Positions 38,807-48,778 of a stretch of 64,000 nt of DNA are shown piece by piece. The stretch is from Myxococcota bacterium. Its GTDB lineage: Bacteria; Myxococcota_A; Bradymonadia; UBA4248. The notes below the pieces were generated by a model. That model was not told where the DNA came from and did no database searches. It was given only the letters and a program-made list of their open reading frames with translations. The stretch is from contig JAZUKH010000280.1 of assembly GCA_045643185.1 (NCBI GenBank), positions 1,448 through 65,447 on the forward strand. The letters run 5' to 3'. Positions within the stretch are counted from its first letter, which is position 1, and each line of letters starts with the position of its first letter. A program made the translations under genes and the position numbers.

Positions 38807-41800
38807 CTAACTCAACGACTTAGCAGCTTTTTTCATCTTCTTGTCGCAGAGTTTCAGCACATCGAACATGGAGTTAACGGACTCGACTGCGCTTGGATCA
38901 AGCCCCTGAGCCGCGTTGACGATCTTAACGACCTGATCGGCGTATTGAATGACCGCGTCAAAACGTGTTGACCAAGTCTTGACGAAGTCTTCTGACGCCG
39001 AAGTGCCAGACGAGACGGCAGGATTGTTTTGCGCACTGGCGAGTAAGGAACGGAGAGATTCGATCTGAATCGAGTTCGAACTAAGCGAGGCGTTGGCTTC
39101 GTCACGTTCGGCACGAAGTTGCGCCGATTCGGCTTCGAGAGCCGCCACGCGTTCTTTCGCTTCATCGGCAGCGGCGCGAAGCGCTTCGATATCACCGGCC
39201 GCATTCTGCATTTCAGCAATCTCAGCGCGCAATGCAGAAATTTGGTTACCGGCATCAACCGCTTCGGCACGAAGCTGTTCGAGTTCCGCACCCGTGATCT
39301 CGTTGGCTGACTGAGCCATGTTCAACGAGCTTTGAACTAAGTTAAACTCCTCTTTCGTGGAATCAAGTTCCTCTTTCAAATTTTCAATTTGCGTTTCGAG
39401 GTAAACGTTCTCTTCACGCGCTTTTTCAAGTTCCTGCTTGAGTTCCGCCACTTCGGCACCAGAGTTGGTCGAGCTTTCACTGGCTTCGTTGAGCTTGGAA
39501 CGCAGATCTTGAATTTCGCCAAAGTGACGCGTTTTTTCATCGTTGGATGCTTCGAGTTCGTCGCGCAACGCAACAAGTTCCTGCTGAAGTTTGAGGTTTT
39601 CTGCACAAACTTCACCGAGCTTGTCGTTGAGCGCCATGATCTGGCCATCGAAATCACCTTTAGCTTCGTTCGAGGCATCAAGTTGAGCACGCAACTGAAC
39701 GATCTCTTCCTCATTCGCGTTGGACTCAGCACGCAATTCGTCGAGTTCCGCGTTTTGACGGCTCACACAAGCCTGATATTCATCGACTTGGTCTTGAAGA
39801 GCCTTCGCCTGGTTTTGACTTTCAACGAGTTGTTGCTGCAAGGCTTCGGCATTGGCAGCATTCGCAGCAATGACGTTTTGAGCTTCACCAAGTTGCTGCG
39901 TCAGACTGGCAACAGCCTCGTCCTGACCAGCGACCGAGTTTTGAGCCTGAGCACATTGAGCCTGAACGGTTTCGATGTCCAACTTGAGTTCGGATACCTG
40001 ATCACGCAGCTTTTCGAGTTCTTCATTGGCGGCACCAAGCTCCGATTCGGCTTTGACGCGCGCCACTTCAGCATTATCACATTGTTGAAGTGCAGATGCA
40101 GCCTGTTCGAGTGCCTCGGCGCGCTCAGCTTCAGCCTCAGCCTGAGCTTTTTGGGCACGTTCCAACAGGGCGCTCATTTCTTCCGCCGCACGTTCGGCCA
40201 TGGCCTGAGCTTTTTCGGCCTCCAAGCAATTCTTTTCGACATCGGCCATTTGTTCGCGCAGATCCGACATTTCAGCTTCAGCTGACATGCGCGCATCATC
40301 TGACTCGGTGATGCCGTCATGTACAGCGCGCAACTCATTTTCTGCAGCGACACGAGCTTCCTTGGCCACCGACAGACTTTCTTTCAACGTAGCGACTTCG
40401 TTTTCGAGAACGCCAACTTTTTCAAGAACGTCGTCGCGTTCAGCCATCGTCTTTTCTAGGCACACACCAAGTTTTTCAGCTTCGTGTTCGGCGGCTTTCA
40501 AACGAGTCCTAAGTTGCGTCACCTCAATTTCGAGAGCCGCCGGGTCAGGCACAGCGCCAAGATCAGGCGCACTCATTGTGTAATTGTTTTTCTGAGCATA
40601 GACGAATTGAGGTTCAGACTCTTCCTGAATGCAACTGATCTCGGAACGCGGATCATCGATACAAGTCAGATTGCTAACGGACTGAACGACAGCGGGGATT
40701 TCAACCGATTCACCATTAACTTCTGGATCGTACGCATCACGCGCATCGGCTTCGTTCAGCGCCATCGAGAGCTTATCGACCTGAACGATCTCAGATTCTG
40801 CAGGCACAGCAACGTCGGCAAGGAATTCACCAGGTTGGTCGAGCGCATCCTCAATGGGGCTGATGTCTTCGTCCAACTCATTTTCATCCATATCGTCGTC
40901 GTAGCTGCCAACCGACACGTCATTGAAAGCATCGAAGTCACCGTTCTGATCGTTAACCTCGTCAGACAATGCGGACTCATCAGCATCGTCAATGGCTTCG
41001 ACGATAACGGACTCTCCAACGCGATTGGCCAAGGCATCGCGGTCGTCATCAACAACACTTCGGGCATCGGTCACCGGCAAAGGTGTATCGTAACCAGCGT
41101 CCTGACCCTCGTCTGCCATCGGAACCGCGTCGTCTGCCATCGGAACCGCGTCATCTGCCATCGGAACCGCGTCGTCTGCCATCGGAACCGCGTCGTCTGC
41201 CATCGGAACTGCGTCGTCTGCCATCGGAACTGCGTCGTCTGCCATCGGAACTGCGTCGTCTTCCATCGGAACTGCGTCGTCGTAGTCATGATTTTGGTCA
41301 TACGAAGCTTCCGCCACGTCATTTTGAGGCGCATTCATCGGAGCGTAAGCATCGACGAACTCTTGTTCCTCGCGATAAGCCGGATTTTCGCTACCATGAT
41401 AGCTATTTTCAACGTGGTTATCGGCATAAAGCACATTTTCGGGCATGACCGAATTGCCATAAGCCTCCTCGTTGGCCAAATTAGCGCTGCTATCGTATTC
41501 ATGTGGCACAAAACCGCGTTGCGGATGAGGCACCATGCGACCGCCGCGATCACGCTGATTTCGGCGTGGTGCGGGCGGTACCATATTGTTCACGGGGTTG
41601 CCTCCAGCGGCATTAACGGCCGGCATCTGAGATGACGAAGGCGCCGACACACCACTTGCTTCCCCAGCACGACCGATTGGAACGCTACGCGTCACACGTC
41701 GCGCCGTCGGCGCGATCTGAGCCGACGGCCCAACAGAACTATCTCGTCCAAAGCGGGCACCACGAGCCCTGGCGCCATAACGATCACCAAGCGGCGCAGG

Positions 41801-43201
41801 CGCGATCGGCATTTCTTCATGATCGACCATCTCTTCGACCGGGCCATTGTTCACCGGTTCGTCAGCCTGAATCTGCCCTGACACAGGTTCAGACACCGGT
41901 GCAGACGCATCGACCGGTTCTTCCTGAAATTCTTCGTCGCCTTCCATGGGCGGCATGCTCGCCCCCTCGTTTGAGGCCACTGATTCATAAGGCCCCTCGT
42001 CATTCGTCGCCGCGTCGATCTCATCGAGGCTAAACGCCTGGGTCGGATTAGGCGACGATCCAAACGATTCCTCGCCTCTGTCGTCAAAGCGACGCTCTTC
42101 CAGATCCTGATCTTCAACAGGAGCCGGTTCATTCGCGGCTTCAAAGTTGGCCGGTGCCCCAAGCTCTTCCTGCGGCTCGAACGCCGGCATCGGCGCCTGT
42201 GCAGGCGCAGCCTGCGCCACACGTTCCATTTCCTGATCAAAAGAAGGCTGGTTGATCATCGTCGGACGGAACGTACCGTTACTGTTCGGAATGGGACGCA
42301 TGCCCACATTATTAGGTAACGACGGACTTGGAATTGACGGTTGTTGTGCGCCAATACCACTCATCGGGATCTTGGGCGCACCTGGCATAGACGCAAAACC
42401 AGCAGGTTTGTTCTGAGGCATGCCAACCATCGGCGAACCAGGCATACCAGGCATAGGACTATTCGGCATTGGCCCACGACCACTCGCCAGCGAGCCGCCT
42501 GGCATCTGACCAGGCATGCCAACCATCGGGCCACCAGGCATCTGACCCCCCATCGGGCCACCAGGCATCTGACCACCCATCGGACCACCAGGCATACCAC
42601 TCATCGGACCGCCAGGCATCTGACCGGGCATGCCAACCATCGGACCTTTGGGCGGCATCTGACCAGGCATGCCAACCATCGGACCGCCAGGCATCTGACC
42701 GGGCATACCAACCATCGGCTTGTTCTGAGGCATCTGACCAGGCATCTGACCGGGCATACCAACCATCGGCTTGTTCTGAGGCATCTGACCAGGCATGCCC
42801 ATCGGAGCGCCGGGCATCGGACGTATCATGCCCGGTTGAGGCGCGGCACCAGGTAGTTCAGAAAACTCCAAATTCGATTCACCACAACGCAATACGTCAC
42901 CAGGACGAATCTCAAAAGGTTCCATCGGCTTGATGCGCATATTGTTCACATAACAACCGTTCGAGCTGTTATTGTCGATAAAATAATACCGACCGTTCTG
43001 GAAAACGACTTTAGCGTGAAATCGTGAAACAGCCTTCGTCATGATCCTCAGCATGTTACCTTCGTTGCGACCTATGGTCACTTCCGGCTGCTGCGCATTG
43101 ACATCGGCATAAAAAGACTGAAAATTCTGATCCCTATAGACAATTCGCGCCACGATGCATCTCCTTAAACGGATTTTTAGGCCCTCCCTTAGGGCATACA
43201 T
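38807..43201 (-). CDS. giant FHA-domain protein with Pro/Gly/Met-rich repeats, (DDAVPMA)8 repeat and about 650-aa coiled-coil C-terminus
   Basis: N-terminal FHA ('TIGRNEGNMLRIM...FIDNNSSNGCYVNN'). 'MPGQMPGGPMVGMPGQ' repeats. Eight copies of 'DDAVPMA'. Heptad-rich SMC/myosin-like tail. Confidence 0.75.
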   Translation of the reverse strand: MYALREGLKIRLRRCIVARIVYRDQNFQSFYADVNAQQPEVTIGRNEGNMLRIMTKAVSRFHAKVVFQNGRYYFIDNNSSNGCYVNNMRIKPMEPFEIRPGDVLRCGESNLEFSELPGAAPQPGMIRPMPGAPMGMPGQMPQNKPMVGMPGQMPGQMPQNKPMVGMPGQMPGGPMVGMPGQMPPKGPMVGMPGQMPGGPMSGMPGGPMGGQMPGGPMGGQMPGGPMVGMPGQMPGGSLASGRGPMPNSPMPGMPGSPMVGMPQNKPAGFASMPGAPKIPMSGIGAQQPSIPSPSLPNNVGMRPIPNSNGTFRPTMINQPSFDQEMERVAQAAPAQAPMPAFEPQEELGAPANFEAANEPAPVEDQDLEERRFDDRGEESFGSSPNPTQAFSLDEIDAATNDEGPYESVASNEGASMPPMEGDEEFQEEPVDASAPVSEPVSGQIQADEPVNNGPVEEMVDHEEMPIAPAPLGDRYGARARGARFGRDSSVGPSAQIAPTARRVTRSVPIGRAGEASGVSAPSSSQMPAVNAAGGNPVNNMVPPAPRRNQRDRGGRMVPHPQRGFVPHEYDSSANLANEEAYGNSVMPENVLYADNHVENSYHGSENPAYREEQEFVDAYAPMNAPQNDVAEASYDQNHDYDDAVPMEDDAVPMADDAVPMADDAVPMADDAVPMADDAVPMADDAVPMADDAVPMADEGQDAGYDTPLPVTDARSVVDDDRDALANRVGESVIVEAIDDADESALSDEVNDQNGDFDAFNDVSVGSYDDDMDENELDEDISPIEDALDQPGEFLADVAVPAESEIVQVDKLSMALNEADARDAYDPEVNGESVEIPAVVQSVSNLTCIDDPRSEISCIQEESEPQFVYAQKNNYTMSAPDLGAVPDPAALEIEVTQLRTRLKAAEHEAEKLGVCLEKTMAERDDVLEKVGVLENEVATLKESLSVAKEARVAAENELRAVHDGITESDDARMSAEAEMSDLREQMADVEKNCLEAEKAQAMAERAAEEMSALLERAQKAQAEAEAERAEALEQAASALQQCDNAEVARVKAESELGAANEELEKLRDQVSELKLDIETVQAQCAQAQNSVAGQDEAVASLTQQLGEAQNVIAANAANAEALQQQLVESQNQAKALQDQVDEYQACVSRQNAELDELRAESNANEEEIVQLRAQLDASNEAKGDFDGQIMALNDKLGEVCAENLKLQQELVALRDELEASNDEKTRHFGEIQDLRSKLNEASESSTNSGAEVAELKQELEKAREENVYLETQIENLKEELDSTKEEFNLVQSSLNMAQSANEITGAELEQLRAEAVDAGNQISALRAEIAEMQNAAGDIEALRAAADEAKERVAALEAESAQLRAERDEANASLSSNSIQIESLRSLLASAQNNPAVSSGTSASEDFVKTWSTRFDAVIQYADQVVKIVNAAQGLDPSAVESVNSMFDVLKLCDKKMKKAAKSLS
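41108..41282. repeat. 21-bp tandem repeat (about 8.5 copies) encoding (DDAVPMA)n
   Basis: GTCTGCCATCGGAACCGCGTC units with minor variants (C/T, G/A) seen directly in the sequence. Confidence 0.85.
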
Positions 43202-43647
43202 CTATTAAATTTATCACAATGCGCCTCGACTTACTAGCAGGCGTTCATCAATTCGTCATACCTTGGCTGCTCCCGCCTCGAAGAAGAAAGGAATAAGGCG
43301 GAGATGAAACCAATTCGATACGCGACGGGTCGATTTTTCAGCAGAGACCATTGCTGTCAGCGTCAATAGCACACGTCTGAACATAACATGCCTGACCATC
43401 CATGGGCATGAGGTTGCACACAGGCACGTTGACGCCTTCAGCTACCTGAAACAAGCTTACACTCAAAGTTACTGCTAATTTTGACGCAAATTTGAGCTGT
43501 CCCCAGCAATGTTCGAGCAATCTTGTGCACATGCTGCTTTGTCATCACAACCAAATTATTTGCGTCACCATCAGCACAAGCGAGGATGGCAAAAAACGTT
43601 GCCAGAAAATAAGCAGAACAAAAAAATGATTAATTTCTTTATACGAA

Positions 43648-43695
43648 CACCACAGTGACAATTTGTATAAAAGCAGCGTTATCACTGTGGTGTGA
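43648..43695 (-). terminator. hairpin 3' of the Cys-rich lipoprotein gene
   Basis: CACCACAGTGA ... TCACTGTGGTG inverted repeat (11-bp arms) right after the stop codon at 43710. Confidence 0.4.
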
Positions 43696-43709
43696 ACTAC
43701 AAATACTAA

Positions 43710-44642
43710 TTATTCTTCATCTTGGCTTTCTTCATTGTCAGAAGAACCAATACATGTTTCTAAACTGTTGAGAAGTGAGGCACAAGCGACTTCGGAGTCA
43801 CTCTCATGATCCCATTCACAAATATAAAATGAGCGCATAGCGTCTTTGCAGTCATCTGTTTGTTCGCTGATGATACTGTTTACCTCCGCGATACAATCTG
43901 AAATAGGCTCGTCATTATCGGGGTTATCATCATTGATGTGTTTTTCATATTCTCTAACGCAAAATTCATTCGCTTTAATACCATAATACAAATCGAGGTA
44001 TTTTGTAGCGAGACAAAGATTTTTGTCATCAGAAGCTGACTTGCATGCTGTATCACGTTCTGATGCAGATTTATCTTTGTTTTCATAATTACATTTAACG
44101 GAGGCTTCGAGTTTGTCTTTGCAATCCGCAGCTTTTTGAATAAGATTTTGAGTATCATTAATGCACGAAGCCTGAGTTGCAGTATCATTATTGATCGCTT
44201 TGCAATAATCCGTTGTCATATCTTCAACGGACTTTTCAGCAGGTTTATCCGCGCATTTATTATCTGCGCCGCAATACGTGCTCTTGCATTCATCGCCATT
44301 GGCGCAATCGGCACCGTTGTCATTTTTGCTGTCGGCTGCTGGTTTATCCGCGCATTTTTTATTATCACCGCAATACGCGCTCTTGCATTCATCGCCATTG
44401 GCGCAATCAGCACCATTATCTTTTTTGCTGTCGGCTGCTGGTTTATCCGCGCATTTATTATCTGCGCCGCAGTATTCGCTTAAGCATTCATCGGCATTTA
44501 CGCAATCAGCACCGTTGCTCTTTCTGTCATCGTCACTATCGCTATCACACGCCGTGAAACCGAGGGATAATAAACTTACAAAACCCACCATTGTCACTAA
44601 TTTACGCATCAATTCTCTCCTATAAAAATCATATAAAAACAC
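43710..44642 (-). CDS. Cys-rich repeat lipoprotein (AT-rich, likely acquired)
   Basis: Lipobox 'LGFTACDSD'. Three copies of 'NGADCANGDECKSxYCGxxNKCADKPAADSK'. Lower GC than the flanks. Confidence 0.6.
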   Translation of the reverse strand: MFLYDFYRRELMRKLVTMVGFVSLLSLGFTACDSDSDDDRKSNGADCVNADECLSEYCGADNKCADKPAADSKKDNGADCANGDECKSAYCGDNKKCADKPAADSKNDNGADCANGDECKSTYCGADNKCADKPAEKSVEDMTTDYCKAINNDTATQASCINDTQNLIQKAADCKDKLEASVKCNYENKDKSASERDTACKSASDDKNLCLATKYLDLYYGIKANEFCVREYEKHINDDNPDNDEPISDCIAEVNSIISEQTDDCKDAMRSFYICEWDHESDSEVACASLLNSLETCIGSSDNEESQDEE

Positions 44643-44757
44643 GACACTGTTCGGATCATTCCAAACAGCCGTGACGAGTTGATAACAGCATTTTTAATGC
44701 CATCCTTAACAAAATTAAAGTTAATACGCAAATCGCAGCTCAGCCAATTCACTAGCG

Positions 44758-45945
44758 TTACTGATAATCGACCTCGGCGCCAAACCAGTTTGTAAATCGC
44801 ACAACCTGAGTGCCTTCTATGTTTTTCATGCGTTCGGGTGCCAGATCGACTTTGCCCATACCATCGGGCAGGTCGACAACAAAATGAGGAATAGCAAGCC
44901 CCGAAAGGCGACCACGCAAATGGGTCATGATGTTCAGCCCAGTCTGAACGGGCGTGCGAAAATGACTCGTGCCCTGCGCGACATCGCACAAAAAGAGGTA
45001 ATACGGTCGACAGCCGTGACGAACCAACCAGCGATTCAAGGCTTCATGCGCTTCGGGCGCTTCATTGACGCCACGCAGCAGCACACTTTGGTTGCCGAGA
45101 ATACACCCGGCGGCGCGCAAACGCCGAAACGCCAATTCCGACTCAAGGCTGGCCTCGTTGGGATGATTAAACTGTGTGTTGACGTAAAGCGGCGCGTAAC
45201 GTTCAAACACGCGCAAAAGCGCGTCATCATTGAGACGCTGCGGCAAAGTGCACGGCATGCGCGTGCCGATACGGATCACATCAATGTGTTCGCACGCGCG
45301 TAAACGCGCCACAACTTTTTCGATAAACGGCGTGGGCAGCGCCAACACATCGCCGCCCGAAAGCAGCACGTCGCGGATCTGTGTATTCGCACAGACAGCA
45401 TCGATGGATGCCATGATCAGGTCTTCGGTCGGCGTCTGCATCTGACCGACTTTGCAGCGACGCGTGCAGTGGCGACAACGCATCGCACACTCATGTGTCG
45501 TGTAGATCAGTACTCTGTCGGGATAGCGCCGCGTCGCGCAGCCAAAATACGTATGTCGCGCTTCCCCCAGCGGGTCGTCCATCAACGCGTCAGCAACCTG
45601 CGTCTCGGCCATCGACGGCACCCCCTGACGACGGATCGGACCGGCAACGTCGTTTTCAGCTACCATCAAAGCCAAGTAATGCGGGCTGAGACACAGTGAA
45701 AAGGTCGAAGCAAATGCACGAATACCTGCGCGCTCGTCCTCGGTCAGCGTCAGGATCTCATCGAGTGCCGTCTCGGTCATCACGCGATGCGCCCACTGCC
45801 ACTCAAAAGATGCCCAATCCGCTTCACTCACGCCTCGCCAAATCTCAGGACGCACGGCAAATGACGACCTCACCTCGCCGATCACAGCGGGATCGCGGTT
45901 CAACGCTTTTTGTTCCGTTTCCGAAATGCTTTTAGACCCAATCAT
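44758..45945 (-). CDS. lysine 2,3-aminomutase family radical-SAM enzyme (KamA/EpmB-like)
   Basis: 'YTTHECAMRCRHCTRR' is the KamA-type CxxxCxxC cluster. The N-terminal 'WASFEWQWAHRV' region is typical of KamA. Confidence 0.7.
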   Translation of the reverse strand: MIGSKSISETEQKALNRDPAVIGEVRSSFAVRPEIWRGVSEADWASFEWQWAHRVMTETALDEILTLTEDERAGIRAFASTFSLCLSPHYLALMVAENDVAGPIRRQGVPSMAETQVADALMDDPLGEARHTYFGCATRRYPDRVLIYTTHECAMRCRHCTRRCKVGQMQTPTEDLIMASIDAVCANTQIRDVLLSGGDVLALPTPFIEKVVARLRACEHIDVIRIGTRMPCTLPQRLNDDALLRVFERYAPLYVNTQFNHPNEASLESELAFRRLRAAGCILGNQSVLLRGVNEAPEAHEALNRWLVRHGCRPYYLFLCDVAQGTSHFRTPVQTGLNIMTHLRGRLSGLAIPHFVVDLPDGMGKVDLAPERMKNIEGTQVVRFTNWFGAEVDYQ

Positions 45946-45975
45946 GCGCTCAAATTCCCGTCACACCATACGCCC

Positions 45976-46857
45976 TTACTTGCGACCGCCTTGAAAATCA
46001 ACGTATTTGCCCAACAACAGCTCGTATTTGTCTTTAAACTCAGGTCCAATGTACGCCGGGTTGGTCGTGATAGACGTCGCGAGCAGGGACGAAACGGGGT
46101 TCTGAGCCTCCGTCCCGAGCGGGATCATGGGGATCAATCGTTTGATAACGCGGTGAACGTTCGCAACATTATTATTCATGTGTCCCACGACTTCTTCGAC
46201 CGTCACGACGGATTCGTGCCAGCTGTCATAGTCAGTCATCTGAGCGATAGTGGCATAGGCCATCTCGGCTTCAGCGGCAAGCTTGGCTTCGGGATTGGCC
46301 GTCATGCCAACGATGTCGGCGCCCAACGTGCGATACATGAGGCTCTCAGCCCGGGTCGAAAAAGCTGGACCTTCCATACACAGGTAAGTGCCCTTGTCAT
46401 GGGTCGTGATGCCTTCAGCGCGACAAGCGGCGATCAGCACCTGACGAAGCTGTTCGTTAAACGGGTAGCCGTTGGCAATGTGTACGACCAAGTCATCATA
46501 AAAAGTATTTACGCGGCGCGTCGTGCGGTCAATGATCTGGTCGGGCACACAAAAATGTTCGGGCTCATACTCAAGTCGAAGGCTTCCCACAGCCGAAAAC
46601 GTGACGATCCAGAACACACCGATGCTTTTGAGCGCCCAAATGTTGGCGCGGTAAGGCACGTTAGACGGATTGATGCGGTGACCGCGTCCGTGACGCGGCA
46701 AAAAAGCCACGCGGCGGCCTTCGATCTCGGCAATAACGATCTTATCGCTCGGTTTTCCAAACGGTGTGTCGATATCCAGCTCTTCAATGACGCGCAGTCC
46801 TTCGATACTGGTCAATCCGCTGCCACCGATCATGGCGATTTGCGCTTTGACTTCCAT
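45976..46857 (-). CDS. mtnP: S-methyl-5'-thioadenosine phosphorylase / purine nucleoside phosphorylase
   Basis: 'IAMIGGSGL', 'FLPRHGRGHRINPSNVPYRANIWAL', 'GTYLCMEGPAFSTRAES' match the MTAP/PNP family. Confidence 0.8.
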   Translation of the reverse strand: MEVKAQIAMIGGSGLTSIEGLRVIEELDIDTPFGKPSDKIVIAEIEGRRVAFLPRHGRGHRINPSNVPYRANIWALKSIGVFWIVTFSAVGSLRLEYEPEHFCVPDQIIDRTTRRVNTFYDDLVVHIANGYPFNEQLRQVLIAACRAEGITTHDKGTYLCMEGPAFSTRAESLMYRTLGADIVGMTANPEAKLAAEAEMAYATIAQMTDYDSWHESVVTVEEVVGHMNNNVANVHRVIKRLIPMIPLGTEAQNPVSSLLATSITTNPAYIGPEFKDKYELLLGKYVDFQGGRK

Positions 46858-46861
46858 GAGA

Positions 46862-47605
46862 TTACTCCTTCAAAAAACAGACTTTTTCAGCCCCAACAAG
46901 TTGTTTGTGATTAGCGCCCTGGCGCACGGCGAGCAGCACCTGTCGGGCATCACGAATCCGGGAACCACAGACGGCATCGATACCAGCGTCCCACAAGCAG
47001 GGTGAGAGCGGCACACTTGGCCCGACGATGACTTTGTAGGCATCTGGACGAGCCCAGGCGATGAGGTCTTCCGTGGCATGCGTGACGAGCGTCGATGACG
47101 TCATGACGACGATATCGGCAGTTTTGAGGCGCTCAGGCGCCAGCGAGACGGGAATATCCCCCGGTTCGCAACGATGGTCGAGTTCATAAGTCTCGACTTG
47201 CAGTCCGAGCGCTTTAAAGTCCTCGCCAAAGTGAAAGTGCCCGATGAGCGCGATTGATGCGTTCGAAGCCTGTGCCCGTTGAGCGATCAGGTCTTGAGCG
47301 CGCGAGGCGAGTCCGGGCGAGTGGAATGACGGGCAAGCGGCGTTCAGCGAAGCCACGGCGAGTGCACGAGCTGTGAGGGATGGCGCCTGGTAAAGCGAGG
47401 CAAGATCGTGAACGCGTTGTCCGATGAGCGACCCAGCCATGGGCAAAATGGCCCCTGGCGGATCATCACACCAGCGATGAGCCGTGGCGCATAGACCACA
47501 CCCGTACTGCGTTTGCACACAGGTCCAAAAGATGCCCACGCTGACGTCGCAGATCACGGCGTCACGTGGCACACTCGATAAAACCGACTCAAAAATGCGC
47601 GTCAT
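46862..47605 (-). CDS. DUF4213/DUF364-family Rossmann-like protein
   Basis: 'DVSVGIFWTCVQTQYGCGLCAT' N-terminus and 'IVVMTSSTLVTHATEDLI...KVIVGPSVP' C-terminus match the DUF364 pattern. Confidence 0.5.
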   Translation of the reverse strand: MTRIFESVLSSVPRDAVICDVSVGIFWTCVQTQYGCGLCATAHRWCDDPPGAILPMAGSLIGQRVHDLASLYQAPSLTARALAVASLNAACPSFHSPGLASRAQDLIAQRAQASNASIALIGHFHFGEDFKALGLQVETYELDHRCEPGDIPVSLAPERLKTADIVVMTSSTLVTHATEDLIAWARPDAYKVIVGPSVPLSPCLWDAGIDAVCGSRIRDARQVLLAVRQGANHKQLVGAEKVCFLKE

Positions 47606-47641
47606 TCGTTCGTTTTGAGCCGCGCGTTGCGCGGCAAAACC

Positions 47642-48265
47642 TTAATCAACAACGAAGGCGCCGCTACCCGATGCGACATCCTGAACGACAGAACCGGTAT
47701 CGGTGGCTTCGATGGCATCCGAACTGGCAGCATCATCCGCCGGCGCCTCGACCGCGTTGTCTTCGACCTCAGTCGTCACGGACGCACACTGTTCGCGGAT
47801 CGAACCATAGCGTTCAAGCCAAGCGTCGTTGTCGAGCGATTCGTCATTGTGAACCGCCTGGCAGCCATACTGCTGGAATGCGAGCTGCGCGAAGCAATCG
47901 CAATAGTCTTTCGCCCAATTCTGGTCGACGGGACCAAGAACGTTGCCATTTTCATCCACATCGTTGAGCAAAAGGCCGTTTTCGTCAAACACGGTGACAT
48001 CAAAACAGGTCTTGGCAAAGCTCTTCATGTAAGCATCGCAGTCGGTCGTCGCAGCATCACCGTCCGCGTCACCGGCGGCGTCACTTTCGTCAGCGTCAGC
48101 CTGCTGGCTTTCTTCGGTCGCATTCGATGCAAACGAGTTATTGCTGTTGAATGTCACAGAACCACAAGCGGTCACACAGGCGAGGAAAGCCCCAGCCATT
48201 ATCAGCATCATCCAATTTTTCATGATTGTCTCCTTAAAATCGATCCAAGCGCCAAAGCATGGCAA
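47642..48265 (-). CDS. hypothetical acidic lipoprotein
   Basis: Lipobox 'LACVTACGS'. Asp-rich, with several Cys. Confidence 0.5.
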   Translation of the reverse strand: MPCFGAWIDFKETIMKNWMMLIMAGAFLACVTACGSVTFNSNNSFASNATEESQQADADESDAAGDADGDAATTDCDAYMKSFAKTCFDVTVFDENGLLLNDVDENGNVLGPVDQNWAKDYCDCFAQLAFQQYGCQAVHNDESLDNDAWLERYGSIREQCASVTTEVEDNAVEAPADDAASSDAIEATDTGSVVQDVASGSGAFVVD

Positions 48266-48440
48266 AAAACATTATGAATTAAGCACATTTAGCGCGGATA
48301 ATCAAAACTTCTATGGAACCCAACGGCGATTTTTTTCAAAACCGACCCTTTAAGCGTGGTAACGTTAAACGAATGCGGATCATTCCGCGATCTTGGCCAT
48401 CGCGATCCAGTTTTCGACCGTCATGGCACCTGGTCATGCC

Positions 48441-48500
48441 GAGGGGGTAGCGGCGTATTTCGCAACGCGAAATAGCCGCGTAGGGGGAGACTTCCCCCTC
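48441..48500. repeat. MITE/REP-like element, short copy C (inverted orientation)
   Basis: Reverse complement is GAGGGGGAAGTCTCCCCCTACGCGGCTAT-TTCGCGTTGCGAA-ATACGCCGCTACCCCCTC, the same termini as copies A, B and D with a minimal palindromic core. Confidence 0.65.
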
Positions 48501-48572
48501 CCAAAGAAAATGTATAATTTTTATTGACAATGAATGTTTATGCGCGTAAAAGTTGCGCCCGTTCGAACGGAC

Positions 48573-48646
48573 CGGAGCATAGCGCAGCCTGGTAGCGCGC
48601 TTGCATGGGGTGCAAGAGGTCGCAGGTTCAAATCCTGTTGCTCCGA
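48573..48646 (+). tRNA. tRNA-Pro (anticodon GGG)
   Basis: Cloverleaf folds: acceptor CGGAGCA/TGCTCCG, D-arm GCGC-AGCCTGGTA-GCGC, anticodon arm CTTGC-ATGGGGT-GCAAG (G37), T-arm GCAGG-TTCAAAT-CCTGT, discriminator A. Confidence 0.85.
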
Positions 48647-48668
48647 TTTCCAACGAACGCACCGTCAC

Positions 48669-48742
48669 CGGAGCATAGCGCAGCCTGGTAGCGCGCTTGC
48701 ATGGGGTGCAAGAGGTCGCAGGTTCAAATCCTGTTGCTCCGA
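48669..48742 (+). tRNA. tRNA-Pro (anticodon GGG), identical tandem copy
   Basis: Exact duplicate of the first tRNA, 22 bp downstream. Followed by the terminator GCCCATCGCAAGATGGGCTTTTTTTT at 48779-48806. Confidence 0.85.
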
Positions 48743-48778
48743 TTTGTTTCATAAACGTCAGCCCAGCTGGTGTTGGAA

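Noticed and set aside
39389-41635. 298-aa and 383-aa plus-strand ORFs
   Set aside because: Antisense to the FHA coiled-coil giant. They are repetitive translations of the heptad and 21-bp repeats.
43338-43532. 64-aa Cys-containing small ORF in the AT-rich islet
   Set aside because: No RBS, no homolog recognisable, and it lies in a region with promoter and terminator-like hairpins. Too weak to call as a gene.
45910-46914. 334-aa plus-strand ORF
   Set aside because: Antisense to mtnP, which has clear PNP/MTAP motifs.
48336-48752. 138-aa minus-strand ORF
   Set aside because: Covers both tRNA-Pro genes. Its internal repeat simply reflects the duplicated tRNA.
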